The position numbers and the translations under genes are program-made. The notes beneath the pieces were generated by a model. It searched no databases. It was given only the letters and a program-made list of their open reading frames with translations, and was not told the origin of the DNA. Shown here piece after piece: positions 18,524 to 26,180 of a stretch of 44,878 nucleotides of DNA. The first letter of the stretch is position 1. Every line of letters starts with the position of its first letter. The DNA is from Pseudothermotoga sp. (GTDB lineage: Bacteria > Thermotogota > Thermotogae > Thermotogales > DSM-5069), in contig JBEPZZ010000012.1 in the NCBI GenBank assembly GCA_041640575.1, positions 1 through 44,878 on the forward strand. The letters are read 5' to 3'.

Positions 18524-18999
18524 TTGAATCTACCCCCAATCTTTGCAAAAGTATCCATCATGTAAGACGCGAATTGTTCTGTATTTTCTTTCCCTTCCAC
18601 AATGAATAACCAGCGGTTTTTCCACCAACTAACGATTTCCTTGCCAGAGCTTCTTGTACTGTACAAACCACTTGTTGGAAGATCAATATAAGTTCTGCAA
18701 CTCCATATTCCAAAGTTTTTCGCAACCCGGTTCCAATACTTCCGTGGTGATTCATCATAAAACTTAAAAGCATACACTAAAAATGTTTTGCCTCCTTTGT
18801 TGTACAACGCTATCATGCCTTTTGCTTGTATGTTCTCGTATCCATCAACATCGTCGATGAACATTAAAGAGTATGAATCTTGAATAACTTTCAAAGCTGA
18901 AGAAAGCGAAAAAGCTTCAGGCGGAACATGAACAGGTCGAAGCATACACCCTGTAAGCAAAAGGACCAAAGTTATTGAAAATATAAAAATCCTTTTCAT
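18517..18999 (-). CDS. Putative lipoprotein (Thermotogae DUF3242-like)
   Basis: MKR + hydrophobic stretch + lipobox LTGC. The family name is recalled, not searched. Confidence 0.7.
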   Translation of the reverse strand: MKRIFIFSITLVLLLTGCMLRPVHVPPEAFSLSSALKVIQDSYSLMFIDDVDGYENIQAKGMIALYNKGGKTFLVYAFKFYDESPRKYWNRVAKNFGIWSCRTYIDLPTSGLYSTRSSGKEIVSWWKNRWLFIVEGKENTEQFASYMMDTFAKIGGRFNW

Positions 19000-19623
19000 T
19001 TACGGCACCTCCTCAGCAAGGAATGAATTTCGCAATAAAGTCTCTTCAACCGTTCCCCAATCCATATGTCCTGGAAGAATAATTTCATTTTTATCTGTTT
19101 CTCGCAGAATCTTTGATAGCCAATTAATGGTCTTAGTCATTGCTTTTTCATCGGAGCCAGGTAAGTCTGTTCTCCCGATTGTTTCCAGAAAAATTGTGTC
19201 TCCGGTGAACCACATTCCATCTACCTTGTAAATCAACGAACCTGGGGTGTGCCCTGGTGTGCTTAAAATCAAAATGGATAGCCCCGCGATTTCAAGCTTT
19301 TCTTGCGTCAGTATTTCACAATTTTCTTGATTGTAGACAAATTTTGTAGAAAAAAGTGGTGAAAGATTCTGCATTGGATTCTTTAAGGCAGATGCATCCT
19401 CTGACGAGATGAACACTTTTTGAACTTTTAGCTCATTTAAACCACACATATGATCGAAGTGACCATGCGTCAATAAAACAATGCATTCATCCTTGATAAA
19501 AGAACCAATCCCATAACCAGGATCAATTACTAAAATAGGCTTTGTCCCGAAAAAATAAGTATTGGTACCTATTGGACCAGTCTGAATGCAAAACAAGTTA
19601 TCCTTTATTTTATGTAGTTTCAT
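19000..19623 (-). CDS. MBL-fold metallo-hydrolase (glyoxalase II-like)
   Basis: THGHFDH, TPGHTPGS, FTGDTIF, GRTDLPG, LPGH. Confidence 0.93.
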   Translation of the reverse strand: MKLHKIKDNLFCIQTGPIGTNTYFFGTKPILVIDPGYGIGSFIKDECIVLLTHGHFDHMCGLNELKVQKVFISSEDASALKNPMQNLSPLFSTKFVYNQENCEILTQEKLEIAGLSILILSTPGHTPGSLIYKVDGMWFTGDTIFLETIGRTDLPGSDEKAMTKTINWLSKILRETDKNEIILPGHMDWGTVEETLLRNSFLAEEVP

Positions 19624-19639
19624 TTTACCCTCCCAGATT

Positions 19640-19648
19640 TGTTATAAT
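19640..19648 (+). promoter_or_regulatory. Extended -10 promoter element (TGnTATAAT) for the PLD gene
   Basis: TGTTATAAT at 19640-19648, 6 nt before ATG 19655. Confidence 0.6.
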
Positions 19649-19654
19649 CCTAAC

Positions 19655-20536
19655 ATGAGACTTATTTTTCTCATGATAATGATACCACTGGTTAGTTTTT
19701 CGGTTAATGTCATCTTCACACCTTTGGAAGATCTTTCCCTGCTTTTAGGTCCTATGCTTAGAGCTGAGGAATCAATTTTTATGGTAACTTACTCGCTTGA
19801 TCACCCACTGATTATTGAAGCTTTGGAGAATGCGTGGAAATCAGGTATTGACGTTAGAGTAATCAGCGAGGTTCCTCCGTCAAATGCGCACTTTCCGGTC
19901 CAGATAGATGCTGAAAGTTCTTTGATACATATGAAGTTTGTCGTCATAGACGGCTCAATCCTCATTATTGGTTCGTCGAATTTCACAGCAAGCAGCTTGC
20001 ACCAGTTTAAGAATGATATATTGGTTTTTGAAGATGCATCACTGGCAAGTCACTTTGTGAGTTTCTTCATGGCCCTGTGGGACGAAAGAATACCTCTTTT
20101 GAATGTTAGAAGTAACAAAATCTTTATCACCAATCACCAGTTAGAGCTTCTAGTTCTTTCAGAAATTTCAAAAGCTAGGAAATCCGTGAAGGTAATGATG
20201 TTCGCTTTCACTCACCCAAAAATTTGGTCGACGTTAAAAGTTCTTTCCTCTAGAGGTGTAAAAGTCGAAATTTTGGTTGATAAATGGTTTTTCAAGAATT
20301 CAGATCTATCTAAAATGCCTTTTTCTGGTTTTAATGTTAAGCTTTTTAAAGACTTCACTGTTCATAGTAAAGTGTTTATAATTGACGACAGCGTGGTAAT
20401 AACTGGTTCGGCAAATGCAACAGTAAGTGCTTATTCGAAAAATGCAGAAGTGATATTGTTGATAAAAGACAAAGATATTGTGGAAAAATATCTAACCTAC
20501 TTTGACAGTGTCTGGCAAGGAGGCGAAGAACGTTGA
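19655..20536 (+). CDS. Exported phospholipase D superfamily protein (two HKD motifs; Nuc-like nuclease or phospholipase)
   Basis: HMKFVVIDGSILIIGSSN and HSKVFIIDDSVVITGSAN; signal-peptide-like MRLIFLMIMIPLVSFS. The longer start (19586) overlaps the divergent gene. Confidence 0.85.
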   Translation: MRLIFLMIMIPLVSFSVNVIFTPLEDLSLLLGPMLRAEESIFMVTYSLDHPLIIEALENAWKSGIDVRVISEVPPSNAHFPVQIDAESSLIHMKFVVIDGSILIIGSSNFTASSLHQFKNDILVFEDASLASHFVSFFMALWDERIPLLNVRSNKIFITNHQLELLVLSEISKARKSVKVMMFAFTHPKIWSTLKVLSSRGVKVEILVDKWFFKNSDLSKMPFSGFNVKLFKDFTVHSKVFIIDDSVVITGSANATVSAYSKNAEVILLIKDKDIVEKYLTYFDSVWQGGEER

Positions 20537-21363
20537 AGATCTTTGTTTTTGATCTCGATGGAACTATTTTGCAGGATTCTCATTCCATACACCCTTTGAA
20601 CCATAAAGCAATATATGAATTGATCAAATGCGGCAAAGAAGTTGTTTTTGCTAGTGGACGTATGCTTCCATCCATTCAGAAACTGCTTTCAAAATATTTT
20701 GATACAGATTTTCCGATCATAGCTTATAACGGGACTGTTATATGGATTCCTGGCTTGGGTAAGATTCTGGATATTAAAGTTGACACAAATGATGCAATCG
20801 AAGTCATAAAGTTTTTGAGAGCTTTGAAAATTCACAGGCAAGCTTATATAAATGACAAATTGGTTGTGGAAGAGAACAACCAGTATGCACAAGCTTACAG
20901 CATTCATTCGCAGATTGAGCTGACAGTTGTCGAAGATCTTGTAGAAGAAATTAAACGTTCAGGTACGAACAAACTTCTTGCGATTGCTGATTCTGATGTG
21001 CTTAATTCAATTTTACCGGAACTTCGATTGAAATTTCCAAATCTCAAGATTTTCAAGTCTTTTGACACTTATCTTGATTTTGTTCCGGCTGGTTTTGACA
21101 AAGGTACTGCGTTAGAGCTTATTGCTCAGATCAAAGGCTGGAATTTGAAAGAGGTAGTGGCTTTTGGTGACAACGACAACGATATTTCTATGTTAAGTGT
21201 TGCTGGATATGCTGTTGCAGTTGCAAATTGTACGAATGCATTGAAGGAGGTTGCAGATGTTATTGTTGAGAGCAACGATAAGGGTGGCCCTGGTAATTTT
21301 ATTCTTGAAATGCTCAATAGTGGCAAATGGGATTGTAATATCAAGGAGTCTAGAGAGATGTGA
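20533..21363 (+). CDS. Cof-type HAD-IIB phosphatase
   Basis: DLDGT, ASGR, YNG, DKG, FGDNDNDISML motifs. Confidence 0.95.
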   Translation: MKIFVFDLDGTILQDSHSIHPLNHKAIYELIKCGKEVVFASGRMLPSIQKLLSKYFDTDFPIIAYNGTVIWIPGLGKILDIKVDTNDAIEVIKFLRALKIHRQAYINDKLVVEENNQYAQAYSIHSQIELTVVEDLVEEIKRSGTNKLLAIADSDVLNSILPELRLKFPNLKIFKSFDTYLDFVPAGFDKGTALELIAQIKGWNLKEVVAFGDNDNDISMLSVAGYAVAVANCTNALKEVADVIVESNDKGGPGNFILEMLNSGKWDCNIKESREM

Positions 21364-22039
21364 TAATGAATGCATACTTGACCTCCCACTCCAACAAATA
21401 CTGAAAGATGTTTCCTTGCTTTCTTTAGGGTGCAACCAAAATCTAGAAGTAGCTCGGGATGTGGGACATGTCGTTGGAATGATAGCACGGTTTTACGGAT
21501 ACCAGTACGTCGTGATAGGAACCCTGGATTTGCTGAGTGAAAATGATTTGGATCCACTAGGGAAAATATCCCGTTCTCCTTATATAAGTGCTCAGGTCAT
21601 AATGAATCTGGCTGATGGTTTGGTAAACAGTGGCGTACTACCTATTTTAAGAGCTAGAGAGAAAGTCAATCAGGATTTGGTTAGAATATTAATCAATAGG
21701 AAGGCAATCTATCCTGTTTTTGTTCAGAATAAAGATATGATTGTGGAGTTGGAGAAACTAGGTTACAAAGCAACTTTTGTACTTCCAGATGGTTCTTTAA
21801 AAGGCAGATTGCCTTTTTTGAAAAATTCTCTTGAAATAGATCTCTCGGAAGTGGAAATTGTTCGAAAAAAGGTCCTCTCGGGCGCGATTGTTTTACTCGG
21901 AAGGGCTAGCAACGAAATCCACGTCAACAAACCTTTCGAGAAATCCGGAGTTCTTGTCTTTTCAAATGAAGACTGGTTGATCGAACTTGCCAATCAAGTT
22001 TTACAAGGATTAAAATCACCCACGGGACGTTCGCCTTGA
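21257..22039 (+). CDS. Exported protein with degenerate GH3 (NagZ-like) N-terminal barrel similarity
   Basis: AGGAGG (21245-21250) then ATG 21257; signal-like N-terminus; LSLG...NLEVARDVG..VG..AR..G...LDL...ISRSP..SA.....ADGL..SGV.P resembles GH3_N but has no KHFPGHG. Confidence 0.6.
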   Translation: MLLLRATIRVALVILFLKCSIVANGIVISRSLERCDNECILDLPLQQILKDVSLLSLGCNQNLEVARDVGHVVGMIARFYGYQYVVIGTLDLLSENDLDPLGKISRSPYISAQVIMNLADGLVNSGVLPILRAREKVNQDLVRILINRKAIYPVFVQNKDMIVELEKLGYKATFVLPDGSLKGRLPFLKNSLEIDLSEVEIVRKKVLSGAIVLLGRASNEIHVNKPFEKSGVLVFSNEDWLIELANQVLQGLKSPTGRSP

Positions 22040-22501
22040 TAAAAGGCAAACAGCATAGCACGAGATTCCATCTTCGCTCTCAAATCCCAATTTATTTCCA
22101 CTTTTGAATTTCACGTTAACCTGTGTAGGTTCAATTCCCATCCTTTCGGCTAAGGATGCAATCATTGCTTCTCTGAAATTGGCTAACTTTACCTTGCCAC
22201 AAATAACAGTGCTATCAATGTTGATTACTCTCCAACCTTCTTTTTCAACGATCTTAACGACTTCGCCAAGCATTTCAGCACTCGACGTTCCCGGTGCAGT
22301 GGTTGCTTCCGGAAAGTATTCTCCTATATCACCGAGGCTTGCTGCACCTAAAAGTGCATCAATTATAGCATGGCACACTACATCTGCGTCAGAATGACCA
22401 TCTAAACCATATTCCGAATCAATTTCAACTCCTGCAAGAATCAACTTTCTACCTTTTTTGAAAGGATGTCTGTCTACGCCAAACCCGATTTTCAGTTCCA
22501 A
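22016..22501 (-). CDS. ispF: 2-C-methyl-D-erythritol 2,4-cyclodiphosphate synthase
   Basis: IGFGVDRH, GHSDADVVCHAIIDALLGAA.LGDIG, NIDSTVI, VNVK. TTG 22501 lies just after the dnaB stop. Confidence 0.93.
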   Translation of the reverse strand: MELKIGFGVDRHPFKKGRKLILAGVEIDSEYGLDGHSDADVVCHAIIDALLGAASLGDIGEYFPEATTAPGTSSAEMLGEVVKIVEKEGWRVINIDSTVICGKVKLANFREAMIASLAERMGIEPTQVNVKFKSGNKLGFESEDGISCYAVCLLSRRTSRG

Positions 22502-22502
22502 T

Positions 22503-23849
22503 TTACTCAACCCCGTGTTCGATTTCGTAAAACGAAGCAGTTTCAGGCTCAAACATCACTGTGACTGTTCCAATTGGTCCATTTCGTTGTTTGCCTATTA
22601 TTATTTCTGCCTCATGTGGTTCATGGATTTTATCGCTCTTCTTGTAATATTCATCTCTGTAAATGAACAAAACCGTATCTGCGTCTTGTTCAATGGCTCC
22701 AGATTCTCTCAAATCGCTTAAACGTGGCCTCTTATCTTCTCGAGTTTCGACAGCTCTCGAAAGTTGAGAAAGTGCGACAACAACAATGTTCAGCTCTCTT
22801 GCTAGTAATTTAAGTGAACGCGATATTTCTGAAATTTCTTGCTGCCTGCTTTCAGAGCTTCTCCCTTTCATGTGCATTAACTGGAGGTAATCAACGAAAA
22901 TTACATCAACATTGTACTCTCTTTTCATTCGTCTGGCTTTTGCTCTTAAAGCCCTTGGATCCAAAGATGGTTCATCGTCAACAATGAGATTTGCTTTGTA
23001 CAGTTTTGAGGCAGCTACCGTAAGTTTATTCCATTCATCGTTTGTCAGGTACCCTGTCCTCAGCTTATGTAAGTCAACACGAGCTTCACTACACAGAAGC
23101 CTTTGTGCCAATTGCTCTTTTGACATTTCCAAACTGAAAATTCCAGTTGGAATGTTGAACTTTACAGCCATGTTTTTTGCAATTGTGAGCGCTAAAGCTG
23201 TTTTACCGACCGAAGGTCGAGCTGCCACAACCACAAAATCAGATTTGTGGAAACCCGATGTCTGTCTATCAAGGATCTTAAGACCAGTAGGTAAACCACT
23301 TACAACAGCTCCTGGTTCCGCAGTGCTTGCTCTGCTTCTCAAGTCTTCGAGATTTTCAAAAACTTGATGCATTATGGCACCTATGTGTTCATAAGTTCTT
23401 GTTGCGCGAGATTCGGCAATCTCAAATACTACTCGCTCGGCCTGATCAAGTATGTCGTCTACCTCTCGCTCTTCGCGTGCCATTTCTTCTATTTTTCGTC
23501 CTGCTTCAATAAGGCTTCTCAATATTGCCTTGTCTCTAACTATTTGAGCATAGTACAAAGCATTTGCGGAAGTTGGGACTAACTCTGCAATACGTGCAAC
23601 ATCAAGTTCTGTGCCAACAAGTTTCATCCGCCCCGTTTTCTTCAGTTCTTCGCAAACTGTCACAACATCGATGGGTTCTCCTCTTTCGTAGAGTCTTTCC
23701 ATGGCAACAAAAATTGCCTTGTGCTGCTGAGAACTGAAGTCATCACTTCTAAGTATTTCCATTACATCATTGATCACACTTGGGTCTATCAAAATACTGC
23801 CTATAACAGCTTCCTCGGCTTCAAGATTTTGAGGTATGTTCAAATCCAT
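22503..23849 (-). CDS. dnaB: Replicative DNA helicase
   Basis: PQNLEAEEAVIGSIL, AARPSVGKT, FSLEMS, VDYLQL, LSQLSR, DLRESGAIEQDAD, KQRNGP. ATG 23849 follows a GGAGTG SD; no intein. Confidence 0.97.
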   Translation of the reverse strand: MDLNIPQNLEAEEAVIGSILIDPSVINDVMEILRSDDFSSQQHKAIFVAMERLYERGEPIDVVTVCEELKKTGRMKLVGTELDVARIAELVPTSANALYYAQIVRDKAILRSLIEAGRKIEEMAREEREVDDILDQAERVVFEIAESRATRTYEHIGAIMHQVFENLEDLRSRASTAEPGAVVSGLPTGLKILDRQTSGFHKSDFVVVAARPSVGKTALALTIAKNMAVKFNIPTGIFSLEMSKEQLAQRLLCSEARVDLHKLRTGYLTNDEWNKLTVAASKLYKANLIVDDEPSLDPRALRAKARRMKREYNVDVIFVDYLQLMHMKGRSSESRQQEISEISRSLKLLARELNIVVVALSQLSRAVETREDKRPRLSDLRESGAIEQDADTVLFIYRDEYYKKSDKIHEPHEAEIIIGKQRNGPIGTVTVMFEPETASFYEIEHGVE

Positions 23850-23879
23850 TCTAATCACTCCAAAAAAGATTGTATAACA

Positions 23880-23917
23880 AAATAAAATGGAATGACGGAG
23901 CATCAAAGCTCCGTCAT
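23880..23917 (-). terminator. Probable intrinsic terminator/processing hairpin after tRNA-Ala
   Basis: 10-bp stem ATGACGGAGC (23892-23901) / GCTCCGTCAT (23908-23917), followed on the minus strand by TCCATTTTATTTT. Confidence 0.65.
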
Positions 23918-23918
23918 C

Positions 23919-23994
23919 TGGTGGAGCCGATGGGATTCGAACCCACGGCTTCTACCTTGCGAAGGTAGCGCTCTCCCAACTGAGCTACGGCCCC
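23919..23994 (-). tRNA. tRNA-Ala (anticodon CGC)
   Basis: GGGGCCG...CTACC-TT-CGC-AA-GGTAG...GGTTCGAATCC...CGGCTCC-ACCA; G3:U70 pair; encoded CCA; 76 nt. Confidence 0.97.
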
Positions 23995-24007
23995 ACAAGC
24001 ACTAATT

Positions 24008-24036
24008 ATTATAAACTACCGCATATCTTAAGGCAA
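24008..24036 (-). promoter_or_regulatory. Sigma70/SigA-type promoter of tRNA-Ala
   Basis: Minus strand TTGCCT-17 nt-TATAAT, 13 nt upstream of the tRNA. Confidence 0.75.
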
Positions 24037-24052
24037 TATATCGGGTGGATGC

Positions 24053-24616
24053 TTAGGCTTCTTTCGTGAGCCCACGGAGTATTATGGTTTGTAGACTGTT
24101 CATTGTTTCGGGATTCATGTTTGGATTGCTTACAACTTCAGCGATCATTTGTGCGGCGGCTTTCGGATCAACATCGGGATGTATTATCTGATTAGCTTTG
24201 CCTTCCTCGATCAGCTTCACAACTTTATCGAAGAAACTGTTATACCTTTCTTTCAATCTGGCTTTTAGTTTGTTACTCTCATCAGCATCTAGAATGGAGA
24301 CCTTTTCCTTTTGTATGACTTTTGAGATTACTTTTCTGCTTGTGACGAAATCAATGTAAGCCCTCAGAAATCTTTTTATCTTTCGAATATAATAGTTTTC
24401 ACCTTCTATTTCTCCAAAAATGTGATTTTCTAGCTCTTCCAAAGCTTTATTCCAAACTTCCTCAAACAAATTTTCCTTGCTTGGGAAATAGTAATATATT
24501 AATGCCTTGCGAACACCAGCTCTCTGAGCTATTTCCTCCATGCTAACGCCATCGAAACCCTTTTCAGAAAAAGACATCCTTGCTGCCTCAAGAATTTTAT
24601 CTCTCGTATTTTTCAT
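24053..24616 (-). CDS. TetR/AcrR family transcriptional regulator
   Basis: TRDKILEAA...F.EKGFDGVSMEEIAQRAGV.KALIYYYFPSKENLF HTH. Confidence 0.95.
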   Translation of the reverse strand: MKNTRDKILEAARMSFSEKGFDGVSMEEIAQRAGVRKALIYYYFPSKENLFEEVWNKALEELENHIFGEIEGENYYIRKIKRFLRAYIDFVTSRKVISKVIQKEKVSILDADESNKLKARLKERYNSFFDKVVKLIEEGKANQIIHPDVDPKAAAQMIAEVVSNPNMNPETMNSLQTIILRGLTKEA

Positions 24617-24668
24617 TATTTTCTCACTCCTTGCTGAGGCAAGGATGTGAGGGGGTAAATTTTCCCCC

Positions 24669-26117
24669 TCACTTCAATGTCTTATCGACCGCAAGTGCCT
24701 CTTCTCTGTTCATATAACGCTTCATTCGTGTTTCGTAGTTGTATATACCTCTGTTAACTGGATACTTATCAACATAACCGTGTTCGTACCACAGTTTGTC
24801 GGCAAATTTCTTCCATTCCTCGGCGAGGTTATCTATTTCTTGCGCTAGATCCGTCACAACCTTTTCGGAACCCTCATGCTGCGGTATCGCATTAAAGTGT
24901 TTAACCATGGCTCTGTAAACTTTTGGATTATCTATAATTGGGCAAGGTCTGAACAAATTATTTGAGTACGGAATCATTCTCTTGTTCGCCTCAAAGAACG
25001 GAGATTTGAAAATTTCAATCAAGGATTTTTCACGGATACTATCAACTGCAAACTGTTGGAAAACACAGGGTTCTACATAACCTTTCGCATTTACATGGAA
25101 ATACTTTGCACCTGACGACAAGCATCCATGAGTAAGGAAGCCATGATTCCAGAAGTCAGCTACAAATGCGAACTTACCGCTAAGTCTCATTTCATCGTTT
25201 TTGAAAAATCTCTCATATCTTTGCTGTGGAGTTGGAACCAAGTCCATAGAAGCGTTCATAGCTACTGGCATATATTGGAATATCCATACATAAACTACTT
25301 GTTGTTCCTCGAGGAATTGCCAAAATTCATCTTTCATCAAAGTATCATGATTCATTCGCGTTGCAGTTACTGAAGCACCAAACGGGACTCCATGCCTTCT
25401 CAATCTTTCCCAAGCTTCTAGCACGCTCTTGAACACTCCGCGTCCCCTTCGCCAGTCTGTATCAAGTTCGAAGCCTTCTACAGATATTGCTGGAGTTGCG
25501 TTACCAAGTTCCGCAAGCTTTTTCGCAACTTCTTCTGTTATCAAAGTACCATTTGTGTACATCAAGAAGTAGTTGTCGTTGAATTCTTCCAAGATTTCTA
25601 ACAGGTGTGGCCAGTAGAATGGTTCGCCACCTGTGATTACCCAGAAGTAAATTCCAAGTTCATTACCTTCTTTGATAATTTTTCTAACCTCATCTTTCGT
25701 TAGTTCATACTTTCTACCATAGAGACCTGCGTAGCATCCAACACAGTTCAAGTTGCAAGCATATGTTGGACTTATAACACCAAGCTTAGGAAGGACAACC
25801 TTGTGTTCATGCATCTTCTGCTGTCTGAGTGGCTCTCCGATGGCAAATTCATTAATGATCAAGTTATTTATAAGTTTTTCCACGCACTTTGGACTCAATC
25901 TCCGGAAAACTTTAACCCAGCTGGTGATCATGGGGTGCTTTTCTTTTGCCATTATGGCGAGCTTCTTCAATCCACTTTTCGCTGGTTCCTTCGTGAATGC
26001 ACTCAGTGTTGAAAACAATTTATACAGTCCTTCTTCGTCCATGTTTCTCAAGACAGCTGAAACCATCTTTCCAGCTTGCCTGTAAATTATGCCCTTCACG
26101 CCTCCTACAACAGCCAT
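24669..26117 (-). CDS. Radical SAM protein with C-terminal SPASM/twitch-like cysteines, function unassigned
   Basis: CNLNCVGC, TGGEP, YTNGT, ISVEG, then GCLSSG..YFHVNAKG.VEPC and RPCPIID. Confidence 0.88.
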   Translation of the reverse strand: MAVVGGVKGIIYRQAGKMVSAVLRNMDEEGLYKLFSTLSAFTKEPAKSGLKKLAIMAKEKHPMITSWVKVFRRLSPKCVEKLINNLIINEFAIGEPLRQQKMHEHKVVLPKLGVISPTYACNLNCVGCYAGLYGRKYELTKDEVRKIIKEGNELGIYFWVITGGEPFYWPHLLEILEEFNDNYFLMYTNGTLITEEVAKKLAELGNATPAISVEGFELDTDWRRGRGVFKSVLEAWERLRRHGVPFGASVTATRMNHDTLMKDEFWQFLEEQQVVYVWIFQYMPVAMNASMDLVPTPQQRYERFFKNDEMRLSGKFAFVADFWNHGFLTHGCLSSGAKYFHVNAKGYVEPCVFQQFAVDSIREKSLIEIFKSPFFEANKRMIPYSNNLFRPCPIIDNPKVYRAMVKHFNAIPQHEGSEKVVTDLAQEIDNLAEEWKKFADKLWYEHGYVDKYPVNRGIYNYETRMKRYMNREEALAVDKTLK

Positions 26118-26130
26118 TATGTTCCCTCCT

Positions 26131-26151
26131 TTACTGACTGGTCAGTCAAAT
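26131..26151. promoter_or_regulatory. Palindromic operator, probably bound by the downstream TetR
   Basis: ACTGAC-TG-GTCAGT (26133-26146) lies between a GATAAT -10-like element and the AGGAGG SD of the radical SAM gene. Confidence 0.65.
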
Positions 26152-26180
26152 TATCACCAGTTTTGTTGTCAGGAAGGTTA

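Noticed and set aside
22503..23849. Possible intein in DnaB
   Set aside because: Normal length (~448 aa), contiguous motifs, and no intein splice-junction motifs.
24669..26117. RiPP maturase (PqqE/SPASM) cluster
   Set aside because: No adjacent precursor peptide, peptidase or transporter, and the flanking gaps are too short to hide one.
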